DNA from: Candidatus Latescibacterota bacterium
GTDB lineage: Bacteria > Latescibacterota > UBA2968 > UBA8231
Assembly (NCBI GenBank): GCA_965243025.1
Contig: CBDETY010000003.1
Coordinates: 4,480,001 to 4,544,000, forward strand
DNA: 64,000 nucleotides
Direction: 5' to 3'
The notes below the pieces were generated by a model. The model did not search any database and was not told where the DNA came from. It worked only from the letters and a program-made list of their open reading frames with translations. Shown piece after piece: positions 48,357-57,741 of the stretch. A program made the translations under genes and the position numbers. Every line of letters starts with the position of its first letter. Positions within the stretch are counted from its first letter, which is position 1.

Positions 48357-50824
48357 AGCAGCTTCCCCCCGGCCGCTGACAGCGAGAAGCGCTGACAGCG
48401 TCCCGGACCCCACCTCAGGACGAAACCTCCGCCATCGCGGTCGACGCGCAGGCGCGCCCGAGCCGGCGCCAGCGCCAGCACGAGGAAGTCTCCTTCCTCC
48501 GCGGCCAGCAGAAGCCTCGTGGAATCCTCTTCGTCTCCTTCCCCGAGGCGGCGAAGGCTGCCGGCTGCCAGACCGGGCGGGGCATACGGAACAACCTCCA
48601 TGGCGCAGTGGGCCCGCCCCGGAAAGACGGGCACGAGGTCGACCGCCTGCCGCCCGGCCCCGAGGCGCGCCCGGGCGCCGGTTGCGCGCCGCAGCTCCGC
48701 GGGGTTCAGCTTCCACAGGGGCGGGGCGCTGCCGCTCTCTTCCCCGAGGCCTTCGGCGAAGTCGAGGCGCAGCGGCGTGCGCCCGGGGCACCGCAGCTCG
48801 ACGAGACGCAGGTCGCAGGAGGTTTCCGTCCCCTCGAGCTGAACGGCGCCCCCGAAAGCCAGGACGGTGTTGGAGCTGATGTAGAAATCGCGCGGCGCCG
48901 AGCGGGAACGCAGCCCCTGCGAGTCGACCCCCAGCTCGCCGAACTGCTCCGGGTCGTCGCAGCGCCCGACGGCGCCGTTCAGGGCGACGGCGACGAACGG
49001 TTTGCCGCCGCGGCGGTTGAACCCGCCCCAGGAAGCTCCGACCTCGCACCACTCTCCCGAACTCAACTCCCCTGCCTCCGGGGGGATCCGCGCCTCGACG
49101 GAACGGCCGCGCTGGCTCTGCACCCGGAAGAACAGCCCGTTCCCGTCGAGACCTAGGGTGAAGCTGTTAACCTGAGGACCCGGGCCCCCGGCGGCGCCGG
49201 TCCCCAGCCCGGTGTTGAACAGCACCCGCGGGCCGTCTCCAGGGCCCGGGATCCGGTGCAGCCGCACCTGCATGCGCAGCCGCCCGGCCCCGGGTTTGAA
49301 GTGCGGCTCCCTGGCGTACTGCAGGCAGTCCCGGCCGTCGAGACGGGCGAAGCTCTCCCCGCCCCGCTGCACCAGGGAAACGCCCCGCCGCCGGCGCTTG
49401 ACCGCGGCCAGCAGTACCGGCGGCGGCCCGGGCAGGAGCCGGTACTCCTGGTGCAGGCGCCTCGACTTCACCCGGAGGCAGCAGCCGGCTTCCTCCCTCC
49501 GGAGCTGCCCCAGGTGCGCGACCATTTCGTTCTGCCCGCCGACGCTGGGAAGGCTGCCGCAGGCGACCGGCTGGGCCTCGGCCGCCGGGATCGTCTTCAG
49601 CACCGGCTCGCCGGCGAGGTGAAGGTGCAGCTCGCTGTAGTTGTGGGCGGTGCCGCCGGCATAGCCGCAGACCTGGACGACCAGCGCTTCTTCGTCCCAG
49701 CGGTCGCGCATCACCGCGGCGTCGCCGTAGCGGGCGCGGAAGCGGCGGCCCGGAGGACCGGGGCGGGGCGGGCGTCTTCCCCGGAAACCGGGATCGCAGT
49801 ACATGTAGGCGCAGGGCCCGGAGGCGAGGACGCACTCGGCGGTCGAACCCCTTACTCCTGCCATGAAGCGGTAAACGCGTCCGAGGTCCGGGTCGCCGAG
49901 GGCCTCTTCCCGCAGCGGCGCGTCCCCGGCTTCCTGGGCGAGCCGCAGCAGCGTCGGCGACCAGGCGGCGCGCCTGCCGGCTCCCTGGGCGCCGGCGCCG
50001 GCGAGCTGGTAGCGGAACCACTCCAGGGGGCGGGACAGGCGCCCGGGGAACTCGGCGAACAGGTCGATGCCGGCGACGTTGCGCAGGGCGTCGGCGAACT
50101 GCAGCATCCAGAGGTTCTCCCAGGGCCAGAAGGAGGCCCCGTCCACCGGCTCCCCGCGCGGACCGGAGCCGTTGGTCATGATGGCGCCGCGGAAGCGGTC
50201 GACGACCGCCTCCACCCACCCGGACGCCTCGGAACAGCTGTCGAGCAGATGCAGGGCGGCGACCCCGAAATGGGCGTTGTCGACGACGGCGTGATGCCCC
50301 CCCTCCGGGCTGTGGCGCTGCGACTCGACGTCGGGCCACCAGCGCCTCATCAGGCGGAGAAGGCAGTCGGTGACGCGCTGCTCCTCCCGCCGCGACAGCC
50401 GGTCCCCGAGGAAATCGAGCCCCACCGCGAAGGCGTGCATGTAGCGGTTGGCGCTGTAGAAGTGCTCCTCGATGCGGTCGCTGTGCTCCCATCCGGCGGC
50501 CGCCAGCAGCCAGGCCCTGGCGCGCCGCAGCCAGGCGGGGTTTCCCGTCATCTTCCAGGCGAAGGCGTACTGCTCGATCAGGGCCGACGCCTGCATGGCG
50601 GTGTAGAAGGTGATGTACAGCTGGTGGTAGGGATGCGGACTGTGCAGGCGCTCGGGAATCCGCGCCCAGGGGCGGCGGCGGCCGTAGAAGCGGCAGTCGG
50701 CGAGGATGTTCTCGAGGATGCGCTGCCGCGGCCGGTCCTCCGGCAGGGGGAACAGTCCCTCCGGATCGCCGGCGGGGCGATACAGCCGGGGGCGGCCCCG
50801 GTCCCGGGAGGAAACCGGCATCAC
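48302..50824 (-). CDS. Polysaccharide lyase-like protein (DUF4962/heparinase II-III-like) with LamG-like insert
   Basis: AFAWKMTGNPAWLRRARAWL, AVGLDFL, DGASFWPW, AVMRDRWD, HNY..LHL; GEWCEVGASW. Confidence 0.55.
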   Translation of the reverse strand: MMPVSSRDRGRPRLYRPAGDPEGLFPLPEDRPRQRILENILADCRFYGRRRPWARIPERLHSPHPYHQLYITFYTAMQASALIEQYAFAWKMTGNPAWLRRARAWLLAAAGWEHSDRIEEHFYSANRYMHAFAVGLDFLGDRLSRREEQRVTDCLLRLMRRWWPDVESQRHSPEGGHHAVVDNAHFGVAALHLLDSCSEASGWVEAVVDRFRGAIMTNGSGPRGEPVDGASFWPWENLWMLQFADALRNVAGIDLFAEFPGRLSRPLEWFRYQLAGAGAQGAGRRAAWSPTLLRLAQEAGDAPLREEALGDPDLGRVYRFMAGVRGSTAECVLASGPCAYMYCDPGFRGRRPPRPGPPGRRFRARYGDAAVMRDRWDEEALVVQVCGYAGGTAHNYSELHLHLAGEPVLKTIPAAEAQPVACGSLPSVGGQNEMVAHLGQLRREEAGCCLRVKSRRLHQEYRLLPGPPPVLLAAVKRRRRGVSLVQRGGESFARLDGRDCLQYAREPHFKPGAGRLRMQVRLHRIPGPGDGPRVLFNTGLGTGAAGGPGPQVNSFTLGLDGNGLFFRVQSQRGRSVEARIPPEAGELSSGEWCEVGASWGGFNRRGGKPFVAVALNGAVGRCDDPEQFGELGVDSQGLRSRSAPRDFYISSNTVLAFGGAVQLEGTETSCDLRLVELRCPGRTPLRLDFAEGLGEESGSAPPLWKLNPAELRRATGARARLGAGRQAVDLVPVFPGRAHCAMEVVPYAPPGLAAGSLRRLGEGDEEDSTRLLLAAEEGDFLVLALAPARARLRVDRDGGGFVLRWGPGRCQRFSLSAAGGKLLQPGESGDSPSARARRTT

Positions 50825-50906
50825 CGCGAAGGCGGCCCGAAACGCAGCTCCGTCCCCGCGCCGACGGAGACGGCGAGGCGCAGCTTCCAGTCACAGACCC
50901 GCAGGC

Positions 50907-51104
50907 TCACGATGCAGACCTTTCGAGCGCCTCCACCAGCTCGCCCGTCTCGGCCGGGCCGTCGGGGCAGCCGATGTTCCAGCAGTGCATGCCCACCAGG
51001 GCGGTGCGGGCCGCGGGCAGGCGGAAGCGCTCCTCCTCGTACCCGGCCCGGCCGGTCGGCAGGGCGCGGCAGCAGCGGGCCGCGAATTCGATCTCAGCGG
51101 GCAT
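50907..51104 (-). pseudogene. Internally deleted isochorismatase/cysteine-hydrolase-like remnant (65 aa)
   Basis: RLPAARTALVGMHCWN resembles the isochorismatase first strand; the ORF ends shortly after; AGGAG RBS. Confidence 0.4.
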
Positions 51105-51414
51105 TCCCCGATCTCCTGCCGGCGCCCGGGCAGGGGCTGCGAGCCTGCGAACGTGGACCGTATACTTACGATGCAATTGAACTTCCCCCGGCCGGCCGCC
51201 TCTTGAGACAAACTACATGAGACGCCTTCCCTGGCGCTACAGCGAGCAGATGATGTCCGGAACGAGGCGGCCTTCAGCCGGAAACCGGGGATTCCCGGCT
51301 CCCGGTTCATTCTCCGGAAGCCCCGTCCGCGGGCCTGGCGACGACATGAACCCCCTTGCGAACCCCGACCTGGAGCCGGCGCGGGTTTCCGGCAGCCGTC
51401 GATCCAGGCCAGAG

Positions 51415-52224
51415 GTGCGCATCCGGCGGGCCGTTCGGGCAGCTGGCCGGCGGGCCCCCGCCGCCGCGGTTGCCGTCCTCCTCGCTTCCCTCTCCCCTGC
51501 CGACGCCGAGGTCACCGTCTTCGCCGCGGCGAGCCTGACCGCAGCGGCCAGCGAAGTCTTCGAGGGCGCGGGCTCGACCGAAGTCAGCCTCTCGTTCGCC
51601 GCTTCCTCCGTGCTGGCGCGCCAGATCGACGCCGGCGCCCCCGCCGACCTGTTCCTGTCGGCAAACCGCGCCTGGATGGATTTCCTCGAGCAGCGCGGCC
51701 GCATCGATACGGCGACCCGGGTCGACCTGCTCGCCAACCGCCTGGCGGTCGTCGCGCCGAAGGGTTCCGGCCTCGACGTCGAGATCGCCGGGGAGTTCGA
51801 TTTCCCCGGCAGCTTCGCCGGCCGTCTCGCCCTCGGCGACCCCGATCACGTCCCGGCCGGGATGTACGCGAGGCAGGCGCTGGTCCGGCTCGGCTGGTGG
51901 TCCCGGCTCGAGCCCCGGCTGGCGCCGGCTCCCGACGTTCGCGGCGCCCTCGTCTTCGTCGAGCGCGGCGCCTGTTCCGCCGGCATCGTCTACGCCACCG
52001 ACGCGGCGGCCAGCGGCCGCGTCGAGACCGCCGCGGAGATCCCGGACAGCCTGCACGAGCCGATCCTCTACCCGGCCGCCGCCGTCGCCGGCAGGGATTC
52101 CCCGCAGGTGCGCGCCGCGATGGCCCGCCTGCTGTCGCCGGCCGCGGCCCGGATCTTCCGGAGCCACGGCTTCACCGTCCTGCCGCGGCCCCGGCGGGTC
52201 ACGTCCGGCCCGGGTCAGCCGTGA
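51415..52224 (+). CDS. modA: Molybdate ABC transporter substrate-binding protein (start uncertain)
   Basis: VFAAASL, FAASSVLARQIDAGAPADLFLSAN, DPDHVPAGMYA, GIVYATDA. Confidence 0.93.
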   Translation: MRIRRAVRAAGRRAPAAAVAVLLASLSPADAEVTVFAAASLTAAASEVFEGAGSTEVSLSFAASSVLARQIDAGAPADLFLSANRAWMDFLEQRGRIDTATRVDLLANRLAVVAPKGSGLDVEIAGEFDFPGSFAGRLALGDPDHVPAGMYARQALVRLGWWSRLEPRLAPAPDVRGALVFVERGACSAGIVYATDAAASGRVETAAEIPDSLHEPILYPAAAVAGRDSPQVRAAMARLLSPAAARIFRSHGFTVLPRPRRVTSGPGQP

Positions 52225-52898
52225 TGCTCGAACCTGAAGAGTTGCAGGTCCTGGGGCTGTCCCTGCGCGTCGCCGTCGCCTGCGTCGCCCTGACCCTGCC
52301 GGCGGCCACCGCCATCGGCTGGCTGCTGGCGCGCCGCGACTTCCGCGGCAAGCTGCTCGTCGACGGCCTCTGCCACCTGCCCCTGGTGCTGCCGCCGGTG
52401 GCGACCGGGTACCTGCTGCTGCTGCTGTTCGGCAGGCGCGGCCTCTTCGGGCCGCTGCTCGAAGCGGCCGGGATCAGCCTGGCGTTCGACTGGAAGGGGG
52501 CGGCCCTGGCCTCGGCTGTGGTCGGCTTCCCGCTGGCCCTGCGCGCCGTGCGTCTCGCCATCGAGAACGTCGAGCCGCGCCTCGAGGGGGCCGCCCGCAC
52601 CCTCGGGGCCGGACCGCTGCGGGTGTTCTTCACCGTCACCCTGCGCCTGGCGGCGCCGGGACTGTGGGTCGGGGCCCTGCTCGCCTTCGCCCGCAGCCTC
52701 GGGGAGTTCGGGGCGACCATCACGTTTGCCGCCAACATCGCCGGGCAGACGCGGACGATTCCGTCCGCCATCTACACCTACCTCAACCAGCCCGGCGGTG
52801 AAGGGCCGGCCATGCGGCTGGTGTGGATCTCCATCGCCCTGTCGCTGGCGGCGCTGCTGGCCAGCGAGTGGGCGGCGCGGCGCGCCCGGAGAGGGTGA
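52224..52898 (+). CDS. modB: Molybdate ABC transporter permease
   Basis: LPLVLPPVATGY, AARTLGA, FARSLGEFGAT. Confidence 0.95.
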   Translation: MLEPEELQVLGLSLRVAVACVALTLPAATAIGWLLARRDFRGKLLVDGLCHLPLVLPPVATGYLLLLLFGRRGLFGPLLEAAGISLAFDWKGAALASAVVGFPLALRAVRLAIENVEPRLEGAARTLGAGPLRVFFTVTLRLAAPGLWVGALLAFARSLGEFGATITFAANIAGQTRTIPSAIYTYLNQPGGEGPAMRLVWISIALSLAALLASEWAARRARRG

Positions 52899-52901
52899 GA
52901 G

Positions 52902-53981
52902 ATGCTGTCCCTGCGCCTCAACCGCCAACTGGCCGCGTTCGACCTCGAGGTCGAGGTGGAGTGCCGCTACCCGGTTACCGCCATCTACGGTCCCTCCGGG
53001 GCGGGCAAAACCTCGCTGCTCAACATGGTCGCCGGACTGATGCGTCCGGACCGGGGCCGCATCGAGCTCGACGGAGAGGTGCTGTTCGACGACGCCGCCG
53101 GGATCGACAGGCCCCCCGAAGCGCGCCGGCTGGGGTACGTCTTCCAGGATGACCTGCTGTTCCCCCACCTGAACGCCGGCGAAAACCTCCGCTTCGGGTA
53201 CGACCTGCTGCCGGCGGCGGAGCGCCGCTTCGAGCCGGACCGCATCTGCGAGCTGCTCGAGATCGGCGGCCTCCTCGACCGGCGGCCGGCCACCCTTTCC
53301 GGCGGGGAGCGCCAGCGCCTCGCCCTGGGGCGGGCCCTGCTGGCCTCGCCGCGGCTGCTGCTGATGGACGAGCCTCTCGCCTCGCTCGACCGGGGACTGA
53401 AGAGCCGCATCATCCCCTACCTGCGCCACGTGCGCTCCGACCTCGGCATCCCCATCCTCTACGTCAGCCACTCCGCCGCGGAGATCCTCGAGCTGACCGG
53501 GCAGGTGATCGTCCTCGAGAGCGGCCGCGTCGTCGCCCACGGCGACTTCTTCCGCGTCGCCTCCGACCCCCGGGTGCTGCGCCTCGTCGACGAGTTCGGG
53601 TTCGAGAACGTGCTGCCCGTGGAGATCCTCCCCGGGGAAGGGGCGGGGGACGCCTGCCTGGCCCGCTGCGGCGGCCAGCTGCTGCGCATCCCGCATTGCG
53701 GCCGCCCCCCGGGAACGCGCCTGTTCGTCGGCCTGCGCGCCGACGACGTCATCCTCGCCCGCAGCCGGCCGCAGGGGTTGAGCGTGCGCAACGCCCTGCG
53801 GGGGACGGTGACCGAGATCAGCGCCGTCGGGGCGACGCGCCTCGTCTACGTCGACGTCGGCCGCCGCCTGGCCGTCAAGGTGACCCCCGAGGCGGTCGCC
53901 GAGCTCCGCCTCGCCCCCGGGCAGGAGGTCTTCTGCCTGGTGAAGACGCATTCCCTGAGAATCGGGCCCGAGGTGGATTAG
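52902..53981 (+). CDS. modC: Molybdate ABC transporter ATP-binding protein
   Basis: GPSGAGKT, LSGGERQR, LLMDEP, SVRNAL TOBE domain. Confidence 0.95.
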   Translation: MLSLRLNRQLAAFDLEVEVECRYPVTAIYGPSGAGKTSLLNMVAGLMRPDRGRIELDGEVLFDDAAGIDRPPEARRLGYVFQDDLLFPHLNAGENLRFGYDLLPAAERRFEPDRICELLEIGGLLDRRPATLSGGERQRLALGRALLASPRLLLMDEPLASLDRGLKSRIIPYLRHVRSDLGIPILYVSHSAAEILELTGQVIVLESGRVVAHGDFFRVASDPRVLRLVDEFGFENVLPVEILPGEGAGDACLARCGGQLLRIPHCGRPPGTRLFVGLRADDVILARSRPQGLSVRNALRGTVTEISAVGATRLVYVDVGRRLAVKVTPEAVAELRLAPGQEVFCLVKTHSLRIGPEVD

Positions 53982-53993
53982 CCTCCCCCAACC

Positions 53994-54965
53994 ATGCTCC
54001 GCATAGACGCCCACGCGCAGGTATTCGCCAGACTCTCGCGGGAGTTTCCGCGCCGGGCGGGGGACAGGCTCCCCGCCGAACGCCAGGAGCCGGTCGAGAA
54101 GCTGCTGGAAGCGATGGCGGAAAGCCGGGTGGACCGGGCGGTGCTGGTGCAGACCGGCGGCAGGGCGCTGGAACACCACGCCTACCTGCGTCACTGTCTG
54201 CGCCGGTACCCGGGCCGCTTCCTCGGCATCGGGCTGATTCCGGCCGGCGGGGTCTCGCCGCGGGAGCAGAACGACCACATGGACCGGCTGGCCGCGGACG
54301 GGGACGTTGTCGGGTTCCGGTTGTCGTCGCTGGGGGGTCCGGCGGATCCACTGGCGGCGATGGACGTCCGCACCTTTGCCACCTACCCGATCTGGAAACA
54401 CGCTGCCGGGAAGGACTACGTTCTCTGGCTCTGCCCGCATGCCGTCGACGCCCACACGGTTCCCTTCCTGATCGATGCGTTTCCCGAAGTCCGCGTGGTC
54501 TTCAACCACATGCTGGCCTGCCCGGGAGCGGGCAGCACCGGCACCGACGGGAAGGGCCGGCCGCGCGTGCAGCTCTCCCAGTTCCCGCCGCTGACCCGGT
54601 ACTCGACCATGGGGCTGCACCAGTACGGAAACGCCAACGTGCTCCTGTCCGGCCAGTACGCCTTCAGCAACGAGGAGTGGCCCTACCGGGACCTGACGGA
54701 GTGGCACGAACGCCTGCATGCTCCCGTAACGAGGATTCAGGGGTTTGGAGCCGGCCGCCTCATGTGGGGCTCCGATTTTCCCTGGATCGCGGAAGATCCG
54801 GGCTACGACAGGATGGTCCGCGTCGTCGGGGAACTGCTGCCGGGGTTGTCGGAAGAGGAACTGTCCGCCATCATGGGAGGCACGGCCGGGCGGCTTCTGA
54901 AGTTTCCCGGCCTGCCGCCGCAGCGACCGCATCCATGCACGACGGGAGAAAGTGATAAATGCTGA
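53994..54965 (+). CDS. Amidohydrolase_2 family protein (sugar-lactonase-like)
   Basis: IDAHAQ, RAVLVQ, VFNH, RLMWGSDFP, IMGGTA. Confidence 0.85.
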   Translation: MLRIDAHAQVFARLSREFPRRAGDRLPAERQEPVEKLLEAMAESRVDRAVLVQTGGRALEHHAYLRHCLRRYPGRFLGIGLIPAGGVSPREQNDHMDRLAADGDVVGFRLSSLGGPADPLAAMDVRTFATYPIWKHAAGKDYVLWLCPHAVDAHTVPFLIDAFPEVRVVFNHMLACPGAGSTGTDGKGRPRVQLSQFPPLTRYSTMGLHQYGNANVLLSGQYAFSNEEWPYRDLTEWHERLHAPVTRIQGFGAGRLMWGSDFPWIAEDPGYDRMVRVVGELLPGLSEEELSAIMGGTAGRLLKFPGLPPQRPHPCTTGESDKC

Positions 54966-55627
54966 CGGAAGCGCAGCGGGACCAATGGGAGGAAGAGGGG
55001 TACCTGGTGGTCGCGGGGGCCTACGCCGGCGACGACCTGCGGCGGCTGCGAACGGCGTTCGACCGCTGCGCCGCCGAGGCCAAGCCAGGGTGGTTGGAGG
55101 GTGTGGCCGCCGCTACGCAGCCGGGTGGATTCTTCGACATACCCCGGCCGCTGGAGAAGGACGATGCCTTCGCCGGCCTCCCCCGCCACCCGGGGTATTT
55201 CGGCCTGCTCGTCGGCCTTCTCGGGGAAGACCTCGTCTTCAAGGGGGCGCAGGTGCGGACCCTGCCCCCGAGCCCGGTCAGCTACGTCGGCTGGCACCCC
55301 GACACCCCATTCGACCAGCCGCAGCAGGTCAAGGTCCAGATCTACGTCGACGACTTAGCGGCCGACGGAGGCCCTTTTGCGTTCGTTCCCGGCAGCCACA
55401 AGCCGGGTTCGGGTCCCTATGAGCTCACCGGCGGGTTGGAGACCATGCCGGGCCACAAGGTCTTTCCGGGCCCGGCCGGCACCGCGGTCCTTTTCAATAC
55501 CTACGGCTGGCACACCTCGATGATCAACAGAACGGACAGGCCGAGAAGATCGATCATCCTCGCCTACGGGGTGAGGGACGCCGAGGCGGAGAATCCACAT
55601 TCTCAATCCTGCGAAGGGGGCCGTTGA
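54959..55627 (+). CDS. PhyH-family Fe(II)/2-oxoglutarate dioxygenase
   Basis: WEEEGYL, WHPD, GPFAFVPGSH, AGTAVLF..WH, PRRS. Confidence 0.9.
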   Translation: MLTEAQRDQWEEEGYLVVAGAYAGDDLRRLRTAFDRCAAEAKPGWLEGVAAATQPGGFFDIPRPLEKDDAFAGLPRHPGYFGLLVGLLGEDLVFKGAQVRTLPPSPVSYVGWHPDTPFDQPQQVKVQIYVDDLAADGGPFAFVPGSHKPGSGPYELTGGLETMPGHKVFPGPAGTAVLFNTYGWHTSMINRTDRPRRSIILAYGVRDAEAENPHSQSCEGGR

Positions 55628-55655
55628 GCGGACGCGGCAGAAAGGGAAGCGAGCG

Positions 55656-56618
55656 ATGAAGGGACTGCGCCATTCCCGGGACAGGGGCTGCGAATACCTG
55701 CTGCAGCAGCTCCACGAAGACGGCAGCTTCGGCGACGGCACGGTCGGCGATTACTACAAGGTTCCGTCCGCCTTCCAGGTTTGCGGCGAGACTCACGCGG
55801 CCAACCGCCTGCTCGACCGGGTCCGCCGCCGCGGCATGACCCCGGACGGCGACTTCGGCCCCAGGACCGGGTTCACCGACGGCTACTTCTACGCCTACTT
55901 CAACACCTGGGTCGTCATCGGCGCCGCCCGGCTCGGCCAGCTCGACCTCGCGCAGAAGGGGATGGACTTCCTGATGGGATTCCACGACGGCAGCGGCGGC
56001 TTCTACTCCGACCCTGCCGAGCGCACGCCCCACACCCTGCAGGACCTCTGGGTCACCAGCGGCTGCGGCCAGGCCGCCCTCTACACCGGCCGCCTCGACG
56101 TCGCCCGCCGCGTCGGGGACTGGATGCGTCGGATGATGGAAGAGCAGCCGAACTACCCGGAGGAGCTGTACACGGTCATGGCCCCTGAAGGCGGGCTGGT
56201 GACCCGCGTCGACCCGGCAGACCCGATCCGCTACCTCCTCGTCAACGCCGCCGAAGGGGACCAGTACTTCTTCCACCCCGGGATCGCCGGCGGCTTTCTC
56301 GCGCGCCTCCACCAGGCCACCGGGGAGGGGCAATGGCTCGCCCTGGCCAGGGAGTACATGCGCTTCGCCGAGACCGCGAGCGACAACCTCTACCGGCTGC
56401 TGCGCTCCGGAAAGGTGATGTGGGCGGCGTCGGTGCTGTGGACCCTGACCCGGGAGAGCCTGTACCGGGACATGGCGCTCAGGGCGGCCGGCCACATCGT
56501 CGAACAGCAGCACCCCGAAGGGTGGTGGGCGATGACCGGGGCGGAAGTTACTCCGAGCAACGACGCCACCGCCGAGATGGTGGTCTGGCTCGACGAAGCA
56601 TACCAGGCGCTGGGATGA
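55656..56618 (+). CDS. Hypothetical (alpha/alpha)6-barrel protein with prenyltransferase/squalene-cyclase-like QW repeats
   Basis: YLLQQLHEDGSF, FLMGFHDGSGGF, IVEQQHPEGWW; LHQATGEGQWL..A. Confidence 0.6.
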   Translation: MKGLRHSRDRGCEYLLQQLHEDGSFGDGTVGDYYKVPSAFQVCGETHAANRLLDRVRRRGMTPDGDFGPRTGFTDGYFYAYFNTWVVIGAARLGQLDLAQKGMDFLMGFHDGSGGFYSDPAERTPHTLQDLWVTSGCGQAALYTGRLDVARRVGDWMRRMMEEQPNYPEELYTVMAPEGGLVTRVDPADPIRYLLVNAAEGDQYFFHPGIAGGFLARLHQATGEGQWLALAREYMRFAETASDNLYRLLRSGKVMWAASVLWTLTRESLYRDMALRAAGHIVEQQHPEGWWAMTGAEVTPSNDATAEMVVWLDEAYQALG

Positions 56619-57628
56619 GTGCCATCCACCGGCGGCCGGCCACCGGGCGCAGGGCCGTCGTCCGCCCCGACAACAGCGTCGCAATCGAGGATTTCGAGGT
56701 GCGCCCGCCCGGACCGGGCCAGGTGCTGGTCGAGACCGTCAGCACCCTGATCAGCGCCGGCACCGAGCTCGGGTCCCAGGAGCAGCGGCGCGCCCAGGAC
56801 TTCAAGCCCGGCTACTCCAACACCGGGGTGATCGCCGCCCTCGGCGAAGGGGTGGAGGAGTACGAGGTCGGGGACCGCGTCCTGTCGCTCGGCTCCCATT
56901 CCTCTCACGTCACGGTGCGCGCCGCGCCGCAGTCGCTGGCGAAGCTGCCGGACGCCGTCTCCTTCGACGCCGGCGCCTTCGGGGTCCTCGGATCGGTCTC
57001 GATGCACGGCGTCCGCAAGGCGAACATCGAGCTGGGGGAGTTCGCCGCGATAACCGGCATGGGGTTGGTGGGACAGCTGGCCCTGCAACTGGCGGCGAGA
57101 TCGGGCTGCGAGCTCCTCGCCGCCGTCGACCCGGTCCCCGGGCGCCTGGAAACCGCCGCCGCCCGCGGGGCCACCCACCTGCTCGACCCGGGGCGCTGCG
57201 ACCTGCGGGCGGAGATGGAATCGATTACCGGCGGCCGCGGTCTCGACGTCATCATCGAGGCATCCGGCTACCCGGAGGTCCTGCCCGGGGCCTTCGACAT
57301 GGCGCGCGTCGGCGGGCGCATCATGCTGCTCGGCTCGATATGGCACCGCACCGTGGAGATCGACTTCATGGACTTCCACGAGAAGGAGCTCACCCTGGTC
57401 GGCTGCCATCAGCCGAAGTGCCCGACGACGGCCACCCCCGCCTTCCCCTGGACCCAGCAGTACAACCGCCGCCAGATACTCTCGATGATTGCCCGGGGCG
57501 AGCTCGACGTCGATTGCCTGACCACCCACCGCATGCCGTACGGCGAGGCGCAGGAAGCCTACCGGTTGCTGCGGGAAGAGCGCGGCAGGGCGCTCGGAAT
57601 CGTGCTGGTCTGGCGTGATCCGGGGTAG
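56615..57628 (+). CDS. MDR/zinc-binding alcohol dehydrogenase family protein
   Basis: ISAGTE, PGYSNTG, GDRV, GMGLVGQL, DVIIEASG; ATGA overlap with the upstream gene. Confidence 0.9.
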   Translation: MSAIHRRPATGRRAVVRPDNSVAIEDFEVRPPGPGQVLVETVSTLISAGTELGSQEQRRAQDFKPGYSNTGVIAALGEGVEEYEVGDRVLSLGSHSSHVTVRAAPQSLAKLPDAVSFDAGAFGVLGSVSMHGVRKANIELGEFAAITGMGLVGQLALQLAARSGCELLAAVDPVPGRLETAAARGATHLLDPGRCDLRAEMESITGGRGLDVIIEASGYPEVLPGAFDMARVGGRIMLLGSIWHRTVEIDFMDFHEKELTLVGCHQPKCPTTATPAFPWTQQYNRRQILSMIARGELDVDCLTTHRMPYGEAQEAYRLLREERGRALGIVLVWRDPG

Positions 57629-57741
57629 GAACCCCGGGGAACCGGGGGAAGAGCGCGGCTTCGGCCCGCTCAGGCTGCGAAAGGTTCGGTCGAGCCTTCT
57701 CGGCCCATCGTTTGCGGTGGACCCGCCCTGAAATTGCCTGG

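Noticed and set aside
45261-49052. 1263-aa minus-strand ORF and similar long Arg/Pro/Gly-rich ORFs (e.g. 10573-12780, 39959-42442 N-part, 52215-54932)
   Set aside because: Shadow frames of well-supported genes in high-GC DNA; no family motifs
22098-55627. PhyH proteins as possible halogenases
   Set aside because: All five keep the HxD carboxylate rather than HxA/G
57655-57700. CTTCGGCCCGCTCAGG resembling REP-type CTTCGAC..GCTCAG repeats
   Set aside because: Single degenerate copy with no partner arm in this window
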